A DNA stretch of 63,633 nucleotides, counting the filler, from Choristocarpus tenellus KU-1152 (Eukaryota; Protista; Phaeophyceae): NCBI GenBank assembly GCA_964200185.2. It is 12 parts of 12 records of this genome, joined end to end, with 100 filler letters (N's around TTAATTAATTAA, not from the genome) between each part and the next. Parts side by side here need not be neighbours in the genome. Positions count along the whole stretch, not along the records: positions 34,113 to 36,914 come from CAXNAD020024615.1; positions 37,015 to 39,681 come from CAXNAD020025811.1; positions 39,782 to 42,677 come from CAXNAD020023826.1; positions 42,778 to 45,358 come from CAXNAD020026576.1; positions 45,459 to 53,034 come from CAXNAD020005941.1; 7 more parts are not named here. One strand, written 5' to 3'. Below are positions 34,749 to 47,796 of the stretch, piece by piece (within the stretch, counting starts at the first letter, position 1; each line of letters begins with the position of its first letter). Both the position numbers and the translations under genes were made by a program. The notes under the pieces are model-generated. The model was not told where the DNA came from, made no database searches, and worked only from the letters and a program-made list of their open reading frames with translations.

Positions 34749-35000
34749 CTGATTGGCCGAGTGCAGATGTGAAGAGATTATATCCCAGGTACCAGTTAGC
34801 ATAGGTGAGGGAACCGGCACAATGCATCACGTATAGAGAGAGACAATGTCGAGGAGGTGGTGGGAACACATTTGGAATGGGGTCAGAAATCTTGGAAGGA
34901 TGGGAGGGGTAGGGTCTGGGATTGCAGCTATTGCATCCACTGCTTCAAGTCTTGTTTATTTTATTTTTTTCTCACGAACAAAACTGTGATTCTCTTCTAT

Positions 35001-35139
35001 AGTGTTAGGGTGTATATATCTAGTACTAGTGTTAGGGTAGTATACATCTGGTAGTAGTGTTAGGGTAGTATACATCTGGTAGTAGTGTTAGGGTAGTATA
35101 CATCTAGTACTCGTGTTGGGGTAGTATATATCTAGTACT
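35001..35139. repeat. 28-bp minisatellite, about 5 copies, built around TTAGGG
   Basis: Unit AGTGTTAGGGTAGTATACATCTGGTAGT repeated in tandem with few substitutions. Confidence 0.88.
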
Positions 35140-36057
35140 CCCAAGTGGTATTTGTTATTATTTGTGACACACAGAGTGCTCCAGAGTAAAAGAAACTGTT
35201 GCATTTCAGTACCCTTGTTCCCACTGGAGAACATGATACTACGATAATCGAGTTCCATAACATATTCTCAAATCCACAACTCTCCAATAGGTAGCACTGA
35301 AGTTTGAGCAAGACATGGCACAGGAACTCAAATAGCAGTAGAGGGCTGGTTTTCAACCTCCTGATCCGGAGAAGAAAAAACATGAACATGCACCACTCTC
35401 TTCATCCTCCAGAAATACTTACCCACATTTTAGGAAACCCTGTGGGGGATTCACCGTGCATGAACATACGCCACACGGCAACAAGAATCAACCCTATCCC
35501 TAACAAATACTGTACAGCCCTAACCCTAACAAACACTGTACATGAAAGTGAATGAAATTGTCGTCACTCTTCTATTGCATACAGCATTCACATGGGCCTC
35601 AACCTGGCGCTCTGCTAGCAAGTGCACCATAATGAGACAGAACAGAAAGCTGTGTACACACACATATGTACATATATGTGCATGTAAGTGTTGCACATGG
35701 ATGGAACAAGTACCAATGCATATTATTACAACTCAACACTTCTAATATATATATATATAACACAGACATACATATAAAGAATTAAATATTTCCATCGCAA
35801 GTAAGCAGAAATACCATGCGATGCAAGATAGTGATTCATTTGGAAAAATACATGCCAAAAAAAGAATCTTAACATTTCTTTTTCTTGCAACTAAAAAAAA
35901 AAAAGACTTACCACCACTGCATCAAATGTGATTTCATCGCAGGCTTTTTGGGCTTAATCTTTTCCTGCATACACACAAGGACTATCTCCAATCCTCTACA
36001 CCTCCACAAGATCTTCCCTCCAATGTACTACATTGTTCTGCAATTCAACCTCATCAC

Positions 36058-36392
36058 ATAAATAGTTGCCACTCTACTATGGGTTAGGGTTAGGGTTTAG
36101 TATCACCGAATTATTGATAATTTAGTTCATTATTATTAATCATGCATTTCATGATCATTGATCAGGGCTGATGCATAGATAGTTGCCATACCATTATGGG
36201 TTTAGGATCACCAAATTATTAATCATTGATTTCATGATCATTGATCAGGGCTTGTGCAAATATAGTTGCTATACTACTCTGGGCTTAGTGTCACCGAATT
36301 ACTAATCATTGATTTCATTATCATTAATCAGGGCTGGTGCATAAATAGTTCCCAAACTATTGTGGGTTTAGTATCAACGAATTATTAATCGT
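36058..36392. repeat. 83-bp tandem repeat, about 4 copies; the first unit is expanded
   Basis: AGTT anchors at 36064, 36181, 36264 and 36347 (spacing 117, 83, 83). Shared GGG(T/C)TTAG..TCACC.AATTA and TCAGGGCT..TGCA. Confidence 0.88.
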
Positions 36393-37203
36393 TATTATTA
36401 ATAATTTATTTCATTATCAACAATGAGGGCTTATGCTGGACAAGTACCCACTCCCACCCCTGTTCATTTCGACACAGACACCAGAAGTGTCACAAGCAAG
36501 ATCACTCTCCATTCCTTTCATTTCAAAAAATGGAGAAATAGGAACAAAAAAAACAGAATAGTAATCTCTACCTCCTTCAGAACCTCTTCACACAGGGCCC
36601 ATTTCCATCTCTCCTCTGTCGATTACAACTTCAGGAAATTTATTATCATCTCTAAAATGCTTCTGCAGCTGAAGTGCTCAGGGTGGAGCATTTTCTCTAA
36701 TTTTTGATTGGACAGTCCCCAGAAATATAAGTTGGAAATTATACGAATTATCTTACCAGTCCCCCGAACTGAACCACAGTGCAAGCGTCCAAAAATGTCC
36801 AATAAATAGCCCCTCATCGCATGGTGTGTGACAAGGACTATCCTACACAATTGCTTGTCTGTTCATTCCCCCCCCCCCCAGCCACCTCACCAAAAAAACA
36901 CCCGCAGTGGTCTCNNNNNNNNNNNNNNNNNNNNNNNNNNNNNNNNNNNNNNNNNNNNTTAATTAATTAANNNNNNNNNNNNNNNNNNNNNNNNNNNNNN
37001 NNNNNNNNNNNNNNCACCCCCACTCTCTTGTTTTTTTGGTTGCCCCTCCCTGACTATGCAGTTGATGTATTGGGAGTACTTGTGAGGTTTTTGTATATTT
37101 ATATTTATTTACACACTTATTCCAAACTTAGACAAGATAAAATATAGTGAGCAAGACCTGATCGTGTGACGCTTCTTCTTCCCGTCCCACCCACGCCTTG
37201 CAG

Positions 37204-38504
37204 GCACTGGGAAAACCATGCTGGCTAAGGCGGTGGCAACAGAGGGGGGTGCCACGTTTCTTTCTGTAGATGCCAGCGTGATTGAGAACAAGTGGTTGGG
37301 GGAGAGTGAGAAGAATGCTAGGGCTGTCTTCACCCTGGCTCGTCGCCTGGCCCCTTGTGTCATTTACCTAGATGAGGTAATTGTTTTTGTTGTGTATTGT
37401 GTGTGCAATCTTTGTGAAGGGCCCACGCACCTGCTCGTGCATATATATGTATCATATGTGTTATATGTGTGTGTACATGTGTGTGTGAAAACTAATCCTT
37501 TTCCACTGTCCCTCCTTCAAGCAAACCTCGTATCCATCCCTAACCCTAAAGGATAGTGTACTTCAGCATTTAATGTTAATCCTCAATGTTCCATGAAAAG
37601 TCCAGTCCTTGAAGCCCCCCATTCCCTCCCGCCCCCCGCCCCCCGCCCCCCGCCCCCCACTGCCGTTTAACTTGTTCTGAGAAAGGTGGACTCTGTGCTG
37701 AGTAGCCGTGAGAAGTATGATGACACCACTCACGGCACACTGACAAGTGTCAAGACCACCATCATGCAGGTTTACCCAAGTCTATAATTTGCTGTGTTCT
37801 CATTTCAATCTACCCCCACCCTTATCTCGATGTCGATTACTTAAGTCTTTTTTTATTATTGCTGATATCTGTTCTTGTACCCTGTGTTGTCGAGCTGTAC
37901 TACTGTCTTTTCTACATCCTGCAATCGGTTAGACTTTGAAACATGTGTACATAATTGCAGTATATATTATTCTGCTACTGTTTTGGTTCTTGTGTGCGGA
38001 CTGGTGGAGGGATTTACAGTTGTGTGCTTACTACTGTGGCAGTTATCTATGGCACTACTGCCATTTCTTACGGTGATGATCCCCTCCTGTACGGCATTCA
38101 ACATTGCGTACCTCTTAGCATGATGGTCACGGAAGGACACTATACAGTATATCACAGCCTTTTCCCATACAAAGTTATACATATTATATACCTGACTATC
38201 TCATTCAGAACAGTGTACGTGTGTCCCATTGTGATTCTCAAAAGTCTTTAGCAATACTGTGAGCTAGTCGAGTACCCGCCCCCCGCCCCCCTTCCCCCCA
38301 GTGAGCGAACACGATGTGACAGTTCCTTTTTTTATTTGTGTGATGGTGATTACGGTCCATTTGTCACCATAGGAGTGGGACGGCCTGAGGACCACAGGAG
38401 ACAGGGTGGTTGTGATAGCCAGTACAAACAGGCCCTTTGACCTGGACGAAGCTGTACTTAGACGCCTTCCAAGGAGAATCATGGTGGATCTGCCGGATGC
38501 AGAG
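37204..38504 (+). CDS. AAA+ ATPase of the MSP1/ATAD1-spastin (meiotic) clade, partial
   Basis: Exons 37204-37376, 37686-37769, 38373-38504. Walker [11 protein letters not shown], pore loop KWLGESEK, Walker B VIYLDEVD, EWDGL, second region of homology [19 protein letters not shown]. Confidence 0.9.
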
Positions 38505-38547
38505 GTGCGAGCACATGCTGTGTGCAATGTGAAATATATTTATGTGT

Positions 38548-38590
<43 letters not shown>

Positions 38591-39781
38591 CCAAAAGTAA
38601 TCAAGGTATGGTTTAACTGTTTGCTGTTGCATTATTAGTAATAGTAGTAACTTGCTGCTGGTTATTATTATTATTATTGTTGTTGTTGTTGTTGATATCA
38701 GTAGACCCCTCTTGGTACGTCAGCAGAGGGTATACAGGACAGCACTGGTGTGGTGTCTGTTTTGATACTTCCAAAGTACAACATTTTCAATGGTATTTTA
38801 CACACTGCCATATAAGTAAAACCTCCTTATTTTTACCCGTTTCAACTGCACTCATTGCTGCTATTGTCCATCATTTTGTTGCATATTTTTTCTGTACTGT
38901 TGCCCCTGTTTGTGCATTGAGTGTATAAGCGTGTGTGGTGATTGGGTGGGTTTGTTTTTACTTTTTCTATTTTCTTATTTTCAAAGTACTTCTATAATGT
39001 TCTGTAAAGATTATTCTGTGTGACAGCAAGCTGATTCTTTGAAACTTTGAAGCAATGAGGTGTATGTGTATGGCAAGTATGCATGGGTGACTCTACCTTT
39101 GTGTGTGTGTGTGTGTTAATTTATATTACGTATGATATGCCTTGTGTGTAGTAGGTAATGATATGCTGTTCATGATTGCCCTCCACATGTACAAGCAGTT
39201 CGTCAAAGTACCCAAGAAGGAAGGAGGGGCCTCAAGTTTCAAGGGTCCCTCTGACTTTCAAGTGGAAAATATGTTTCTTTGAACTAAAAAACATTCCCTA
39301 GTGTGTGTGTAGCGTATTTCGTCTGTTCTGTGAGTACACTCCATCAGCAGAAAAGCACATTGTCCTTTTTGATGCCCCTTTTCAAATCTCTCCCTCGCCT
39401 TCATTAAGCGAACATGAAACAGTCCTTTAGAGACCCAATCTAACCAAAACAAACTCAACACTCCTCTTGGCTACTTTGAGTCACTACAGGGACAAATCTC
39501 TTTTAACAGTGCTGCTGGAAGGTAGGCATCACAAACACCATCCAGACCTGAGATCACCTTCACCTGCTACCTCCATCACCTCAGCCTCTCCCCCCCCCCC
39601 CCCCCCCCCCCCCCTCCCGCGTGTGTTTTTTTTTTCTATCCTCCGGCGGGGAGGTTTTTCTTGTTCTAATCTAAACGGGAGNNNNNNNNNNNNNNNNNNN
39701 NNNNNNNNNNNNNNNNNNNNNNNNNTTAATTAATTAANNNNNNNNNNNNNNNNNNNNNNNNNNNNNNNNNNNNNNNNNNNN

Positions 39782-39822
39782 CCAAATGGACAGCCGCCAC
39801 CCCCTCCCAGAAAATTTGAGCC
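39782..39822 (+). mobile_element. MITE family A, right end (contig start)
   Basis: CCAAATGGACAGCCGCCACCCCCTCCCAGAAAATTTGAGCC matches 2760-2799. Confidence 0.8.
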
Positions 39823-40925
39823 TTTTAGGTGTATGTGTGCTGCCTCACCTTTGGATTTTGTGTTGATTTTTACTTATAGACGGTTACAACCTGTTTCTTG
39901 GTCAATTATTTTCCTTACGACTACTGGTAGTTGGAAGAGTCTAATCGAACAAATTGGCCTCCATCCTACTTCAAATAGACCATTGTTGTGTGATAAAAAA
40001 ACGTTTACGTTGGTACGTAAAGATATTGTTTGTTGGTAAGTACTGGTATCCACGAACTGGTGGGTAGGTATCTGTACTTATCGTTAGACATCCCTCCTTT
40101 ACTTTTCTTCACCTCTAGCGTTGAACAATATATTGCTTGGCACTTCTGGACGAGGGAAAACAAAAGTGGGTGTATTTCTCAACATCCTGAAGGAAAGCCC
40201 GGGGTTGTGGTCCTGATCGAAATGTGGTTTACGGATGGGTTCAGTTTTCCATTATTTTTTCCCTCTGTCTTACCCGATTCATCCTGGATCTGTAACAACT
40301 TCAACTCCGACGACATGAACGACATGGATGAAGAACGCAAGAGAGAATGAAGTTTCTTGTCCTCCAGTTCATGATCTTCCTGGTCATTATCTTCTAGCTC
40401 ATCTTCTTCCAGCTCTTCTTCCAGTTCATCATCCTACAGTTTATCGTTTTGGATGATATATGATGAAGGTAGGGAGGACATTTTATTAGGTGCGATGAGG
40501 ACCCGACTCGCTTTGAGGGACGAGGAAGATGAGGAAGTTGAGGATAAGAACGATGCAGGGAATAACGTCCGCAAAAATGTAGGCGTCGCACCCTGAACAA
40601 TCAGCCTGAATACGAGACATGCAAGGGGAGGGCGTGAGAGACTATGCTGGGGAAAGAGGATGTTCTGAGAGAGACGACTTAGTTGAGGGCACTGAAGTTA
40701 GGAGACCTTTCTGAATCTCGTTTTCTGTTCTTCAATTATTTGATTAAGGAGGTGGCAAGCAGGGGTGGTTTGAGAGGGAGAACTGAAGATGCAAACAACC
40801 GCCTTAGCTGAAGGTGACCATTTCAGGCAGTTTCAGTTTGTTTGTGGAAGAGTTAGCTGTCAAAGACTCAAGGATTTAAAGCCCTCTCGGATCTCAAAGC
40901 ATTGAATAAAACTTACTACCTGCAG

Positions 40926-41890
40926 GTGTTGACGGCCCTTCAAATTCTTGGCAAGGGAAACTGCTTTGAGGACATCGAGCAGCTTTTTGGCATTTTTCAG
41001 TCCACACCGCAACATACGTTTCACCGCTTGTGCTAGTGCTTTGCGCGTGATAGGTATTCAAAGTGGATTTGTACATCAGAGGGCAATGATTCTAAGGAGG
41101 TCATGTGCGTGAATTAAGCTGTGGGATTCTCTGGTTCTGTAAGTTCCACTGACATGACACATGTTCGATGGGAGAAGGCACCCATAGGTGATGCTATGCA
41201 CTATACGAGTAAGGAGGTCTTCACTACGGTTACCTATGAAGTGACAGCTGACCACGAAGGATTCATCCGGAAAGTGACAGTTGGGTTTCCTGAAGCGAGA
41301 AGTGACCAGACAGTTATATGATGTGATGGCGCTATTAAGAAGTTAAGACACAACCCAAAATACAGACAGGTGAAATACAAGATTGTGGGCTTGGAAGGGA
41401 ACGAGTATGCTGATATAGGTACCTATGCCATTGTTGGTGGGGTATACCATAAGGTGAAGACAACTACATTGTATTAAATTTCATGACTGAGGTTCTGTTC
41501 TAATCCTGGTACTGGTGCTGCAAGCACTTTCTTCTCAGGGTTCTACAATGTCCACTGTTTCATTGGGAATCACAGAGAATTGACAGGGTACTCCCTCATT
41601 ATTGCTTAATTGATAGGGTGCTCATTTAACTTTCATGATACAACAGATTTCTTAGGGCATGTCCACAATAATCTCCTCTAAAATGGGAGTACCCGTGAAA
41701 CATTAACCTAGCAGTCCTGCCCCAACCTGGTCGTTGCATTTGTAGTGAGGGTGCACAATATATTGCATAAAGACATCCATCACACACGTGGAGGTAAGAC
41801 GGAGTGAAGGAGTGGAAAGTGTACGCAAGAATATCAAATGCTTTTTTGTTTGAACTAAGGGCTGCTGTAGAACTCTGAAGAGCAACACAG
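40926..41890 (+). pseudogene. Degenerate intron-containing PIF/Harbinger transposase
   Basis: VLTALQILGKGNCFEDIEQL, GFSGSVSSTDMTHVRWEKAP...YTSKE..TVTYEVTADH, GFPEARSDQTVI*, YAIVGGVYHK, RVLQCP and VESVRKNIKCFFV*TKG..RTLK follow the Harbinger/DDE_Tnp_4 motif order. In-frame stops are present. Confidence 0.8.
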
Positions 41891-42585
41891 ATTGGGCAAG
41901 GGATGTTGGTCGGCATATAGTGCCTTCTACGTTGAAGCTTACACTGATTTCTCTAGTGTGGGCATGTCAGGGGTGTGTGAACAGATGCAGAAAGGGAGGT
42001 GGGGTATTATGAGCTCGGGGAGGAGTTCATAGCACACTACAATTCCAAGAGAGAGTACAAAGCGTTTTGTTTGGGTAAGGTTCAGCTAATGATTGAATAT
42101 TGATTCAGGTCACGATAGAAGCCCAGGATTGTGGTTATAGGGTATAGACAAAGTGATTTTTATTGCTTTGTTTGGATGTTGCATTAGATGCCTGAAATAA
42201 AGGTAGATCCCATAAAAATAAAGATCACCTTGTACCACCCAAAAATATGGCGATCCCTCCCACTGTGGAAATGCTCAGAATCTGTGCTATACAAGACTCC
42301 TGAGTGCGCAAGACACTTATAATAGTGTGTTTGTCAATGATATATATTGTTAACGACGATAGTCTGTGCTCTTGATCCTGTTTTGTTTCTGAGATACAAT
42401 AAGACGCTGCTCTGTATCACTACCATTACGTCGTTGCTCACATTATTCAACTGTAAACAACTGATATTCTCCATTTGCCAGCATGAGTATCAACATAGCA
42501 CAAGCATACACAACATACGCCATAAGTCTCCACAGATCCTATCATTTTAACACTAGTGTACTTCAAAACTATGTGGTAGATATTG

Positions 42586-42677
42586 GACCCAAAGTATCTG
42601 GGGGGGGGGGGGGGGGGGCCCCCCCAAGAGTACCCTTTTGGCCCAACCCCCAAAAAAGGGCCCTCTCACTCTACCCC
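42586..42677 (+). mobile_element. MITE family A, left end running into poly-G and degraded sequence (contig end)
   Basis: GACCCAAAGTATCTG followed by a G-run. The remaining bases look like an error-laden version of the family A interior. Confidence 0.7.
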
Positions 42678-45279
42678 NNNNNNNNNNNNNNNNNNNNNNN
42701 NNNNNNNNNNNNNNNNNNNNNTTAATTAATTAANNNNNNNNNNNNNNNNNNNNNNNNNNNNNNNNNNNNNNNNNNNNCAAGCCCACCTTCGACGCCATAA
42801 GAGTCCCTGAATGAAGAGAAGGCGGGAGCGAGCGCGTGGGTCCGGCATGTGTCAAACTTGATAGTGACATCACACAAGTAGTTATCGTTGGGATTCATGA
42901 AATCGCATACCACTAACATTATAATAGTACAATGAGTGTGGAATGCAAGGCAAATAATAAATGCAAAAATGCAAACAATAGGAAATTCTGTAATAGAAGG
43001 AAAGACGGCAAAAATAATGTAGTGAAGACAAGTAACACCAGCATGCGATTCGCGTACAATGAAACAAAGAACTACGAAGGACCCGGGGGAAAGAGCAAGA
43101 GGCACAAAAGGAAATAGAAGGTACGAAGGAGATGAAACAACATGGGAAAAGCGAAAAAGAAAGACACACGACATAATCCGCACTTCCTGAACGGCCGCAC
43201 AATATCCGATGGACACACGGGTGGACTGATAATGGCCATGGCGGATTGCAATAGTCTCCCGCAATACACCCCGTATTTCAGCCCCGGCGAACTCTGCAAG
43301 CACACCGTGTAGGCGGTGTGCTTGTGCGGCCCACGGGTGGGGCACAAATAGCACGATGGTGCCCTGAGGATGTATCTTCACCTGCAAGTATATAACCACC
43401 TGGCGCAAGTGTGTGTTGGTCGCCTCTTCGTCGTTGACGAGTCTTGGCTCGGCGGCAATAGACACTATGGCGAGCTTTGATGCTTTGCGGAAGGCAAACT
43501 CTTTCAGGCCGTCTAAGGGTAGCGTAGGGTCAAGAGGGCGAAGGCCGTGTAGTGCAGTGTTCTCAGTCCTGGTTGGACATCATGACACACGACACAGTAC
43601 ACAGACAGCACGACAAGAAAGACAGCGTCGTAAGCAATGGTGCAGGCAATCGTATCATTATGTGAGGTCCTGACAATATTTCCCCGGGCATCCCCAAAAT
43701 GTCAAGCCATACCCTCCACAATGCCAGACCCATCAGATACATCTCGTGGAAGGAGGGGAGACGTCAAAACATTAAGTTCCATGGCCCATGGAAACCTCCA
43801 AAATTATGTCACATTGAACACACAAAGGACGAGCAATCCACATGATGTACAAGCAGCCAAGACCCATGTGCAAACCAACGCAAAACCGAACACGCAGAGA
43901 CGACTTGTATGTCCGTATAATGTGCAACCATGCCGAGACCCACATGCACTTCTCCATGTCCGCCGTTTCACTGTGTGAGGGGGGACGTAAAAGACTTTGC
44001 CTGCTGGGTGACCCGCCCACACTCCTTGCGTGACCCTTACCCTTGCCCTTGCCCCTGCCCCGACCCGCCGCTTCGTTCCCCACCAATCCAGACCCTTCAC
44101 TGCCCTCCTGTGCCATGGGGCAATTGATACATAATCGATCCTTGTGCCTCTCGTCGCCCACAATCTCCACGTAGGCACATTCGCCCATGTGCGTGATGGA
44201 GCACTTTGGGCATGAATACCTGTCGCACGTGGCATCGAACGAGAGCGTCAAACAGACAGGATAGTTTTTTTCCAAATCATTAATTGGGCGCAACAACGCA
44301 ACGCTGGGATCCATGGCTACGAAGGACCTCGAAATTGGCGGCGCAAAACAATACGAAGTAGTACAGGTGAGATACAACAGTCGGTGATGTACATGCATTA
44401 ACACACAATCGGGCTGTAGCAAGTAAAGAGACGTGGGGGCAGCGACCGCAGCACCACACACAGAGGGACCCTGCAAGATCCACAGGTTCAATGGCGTGCA
44501 CCGCTGAAGCAAGACAACCTAGTTAGCCGTTCGGGGGATTGGATGAAAACCAATCTTTCGCCATTAATTACCCGCCATCCCCGTGTGCACCATTACAACT
44601 ACATTACTCACCGAGACGTAGGTGGAGGATTGCATTCAGTACAGCAAACGCCCGCATTCCACCCACCATGGCCGTTTTGTTCTTCTTCTACACCAGGAAC
44701 GCTGTCGACAGAACCCCCTTCGGCCGTATCCTCCCTGTCTGGCAGTCCGTCCCCTCCCTTGTCTCTGTCCCCTCCTTTGTGTTCGCACCCTCCCTCATCT
44801 TCTTTCTCACGGCCATCTGATGCCGATCTGTTGTTGCTCTCGACGTCTGCGCCACCGCCCTCACCACCCCGCCCGCTGTGAACCTGGTGGAGGTTTACCT
44901 GGTTGAGGACATCCTGGTATTTCCCATCCCAGGTGGTGAGGTAAGCGCGTAGAGTCGAGTCCTTCTCGAGAATATGGTGGTGGACACGGCCGAGAACGTT
45001 GTTGAGGAGAGGAGGGGACGATGGTGATGTCAAAAATGGGAGAGTGTAATGGAAGAACGATAGCATGTCAATCGAACAGAGTAAACGATACGGTTGACGT
45101 GGTTAACGTGTTTGATGGAGGCGGCTTGCGGGGCGAAATAGTTTGAAAGAAGTCAATGTCGAGGACGCCAGCCCGTCTGTAGGTTACGACAGTGGCACGT
45201 GTTGGAGGCGGAAACGAGGTGGAGGTTGACCAAGATCTTGCCTAGAGTTGAAGGCAACGGTTGGCTATTCCCACTATTA

Positions 45280-45358
45280 AAGTCAAAGTATCTTAGAGGG
45301 TAGGGCCGCGTCCATTTGGGGGTTTGTATCCAATGTTGCGATTTTGATGTAATTTTGG
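45280..45358 (+). mobile_element. MITE family B, left part (contig end)
   Basis: AGTCAAAGTATCTTAGAGGGTAGGGCCGCGTCCATTTGGGG...ATTTTGATGTAATTTTGG matches the 49271 and 57635 copies. Confidence 0.85.
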
Positions 45359-46264
45359 NNNNNNNNNNNNNNNNNNNNNNNNNNNNNNNNNNNNNNNNNN
45401 NNTTAATTAATTAANNNNNNNNNNNNNNNNNNNNNNNNNNNNNNNNNNNNNNNNNNNNACACATATGTATATATAGTTTCATTGGTTTCCCCCTGACACA
45501 TCTGCAAAATGTCAGAGGGCATAATAATGAAATATATTACTACTATATAGTTCTTGACATCATGACGATACATATCCTACAGTTACTTTAATAGGAATCC
45601 TTGTGATTTTAGTTTGACTTTTTCCCTCACACAAATGAAGTAACAAATAGATTAGTGTCTTTCACATTTATGCCATTTTTTTATTCTTTAGGGGTTATAC
45701 TGACATGTGTATAGTTTTCCTTGGTTTCCCCCCTGACACATCTGCAAAATATCAGAGGACATAATAATAAAAATAATAATTTATGATTAGGGGTAAATGG
45801 ATACCGTTATACGGCACCACTAACTCCCAATTCTCAACACAGTTAAAATCAACACCCTTCTTCAGAAAGTTCTTTACAAAAAAGTAATGTCTACACTCCT
45901 CTAGTCTACCTTTCCCTATAAAGAAGGTGGGCGAGGAGCAAGGGGAATGTTCATTAGTGGACAGTAAACCTATGAAAATGCTTCTATTTTTAAACGCTGC
46001 ATAGGAGTCTTGCGTAATAATGATACAAACTCTATTGAAGATGTCACAACTTGACATTACGACGTCGTGATGTGATATCGTGACGTTGTTGTGGACACAG
46101 AACTAACCTCCTGCGAACTCGGACAATCTTGTAGGGTGTAGGCACCACTCCCAAGCAAGCCCCACTTGACGATAAAAAAGAAACAGCGCCTCCCTCATTC
46201 AGGACGTGGGACACGCGTCACTAGTCCAAGTATCCTCACGAAGAAGGATACCCTACGTGAAGAC

Positions 46265-47796
46265 ATGTTTAATGTGGACCTACGAGGCAAGAATGTGATT
46301 GTCACAGGCGCCAACACTGGTATGGGTTACGTCAAAGCCAGAGAAATGGCCAAGATGGGGGCGAAGGTGACTATGGCTTGCCGAAGTGCTGAGCGGGGTA
46401 AAGTGGCCCTGGACAAACTCCGAGCAGAAGCTCTGAAGGACCCTGTGGATGAGGTGACACAGTGAAAACCAGTACGATTGGAATTTAACCATTATTTCGC
46501 AAGTTGTGCCTACAATACAATATGCGGAGGCTTGGATCTCCAGTCCGAGCACCGCAGATTGCCCAATATGCACTTTCGTCGTAGTACTGATAGTGGATGT
46601 GGAGGATAGTCGAAGTTGTCTATTGTCCCTGCCACCAACCCAAGTCCATTTCAATACTCCCTCAAGTTAGCCACTCCTATCGCAACGTCAGACGTTCGTA
46701 AATCCGTACTTACAAGGAATAACCTATTAGAGGGTTTTCTAGAACTAATCTTGGAAGTATATAATCATGTTGGCGTATTCTTGTGTCACCACCATTTTGC
46801 CTTTTTGGCCCACAGAAACCCCCCGCTCAAGACGTGACAAAGAGAGGATGGAGCATTCTCTCCGAGCTCACATACATGTTGCTTACCTGATCTTTTGAAT
46901 TAGTGAGGCAGAGGATACGTCAATGCAATTGAGTCATGCTCCTTTTCGTGCGCCCTAACTTACCTTGGTGTTACACACGCACCCCCAATGCCACACAATC
47001 CGACATGCAGGGGGTTCCCTTGCGTGCAGATATCACTGACGTGAATGTGACTGTTCAGGTGCTGGACCTTGGTTCATTCAAATCCATCATAGACTTCTGC
47101 CAGCGGTTCAAAGCTTCTGGTGACCGCATTGACATTCTGGTCAACAATGCTGCAGTTATGGCTATCCCCAACCGTCAAGAGACTGTAGATGGCCTAGAAA
47201 TGACTGTTGGTGTGAATCACTTTGGTCCACACCTCCTGACTCGCCTTCTTGAGCCTATGATGCATGATGGTGGCCGAATTGTTTTCCTTTCCAGTCTCAC
47301 ACATAACAGATCGCCTGGTGAGGCTAAGACCTTCATGTCATGGGATGACATAAACGCAGAAAAACCTGGTGCTTACAGTCAATGGATGTCCTACGGACAG
47401 TCCAAGCTCATGAACGTTTTTGATGCCCAGGAGTTCTCGAAGCGGGTCGCCCCCCGAGGCATCAACACATATGCTGTGAACCCTGGTATTGTGAACACTG
47501 ACTTAATGCGCCACATGACAGATACCAGTTTCCTTTCGAGATTGACACGCCTGCTCAAGCCCTTTCACTGGTTCATGTTCAAGACTCCATTATACGGAGC
47601 GTCCACGGCCCTTAAGTGCGCTTTAGATCCTGCCTTGGGCGCAGCAGAGCTCTCCGGGAAGTATTGGTCAGACAACAAGGAGACTGAGCCATCATCCCTT
47701 GCATCTGACCCCGCCAATGCACCTCGCATGTGGAATATCACAGAGGAGATTACTGAGGCCAAGCTCAATAAGAAAATTGATATGTTACTTGTGTGA
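46265..47796 (+). CDS. Short-chain dehydrogenase/reductase, retinol dehydrogenase 12/WWOX-like
   Basis: Exons 46265-46453 and 47011-47796. Rossmann motif VIVTGANTGMG, MACRS, LDLGSF, DILVNNAAVM, GVNHFGPHLLT, catalytic YGQSK, VNPGIVNT. A short upstream exon cannot be excluded. Confidence 0.9.

Noticed and set aside
35001-36392. Tandem arrays as CRISPR
   Set aside because: Units are contiguous with no unique spacers, there are no cas genes, and the context is eukaryotic.
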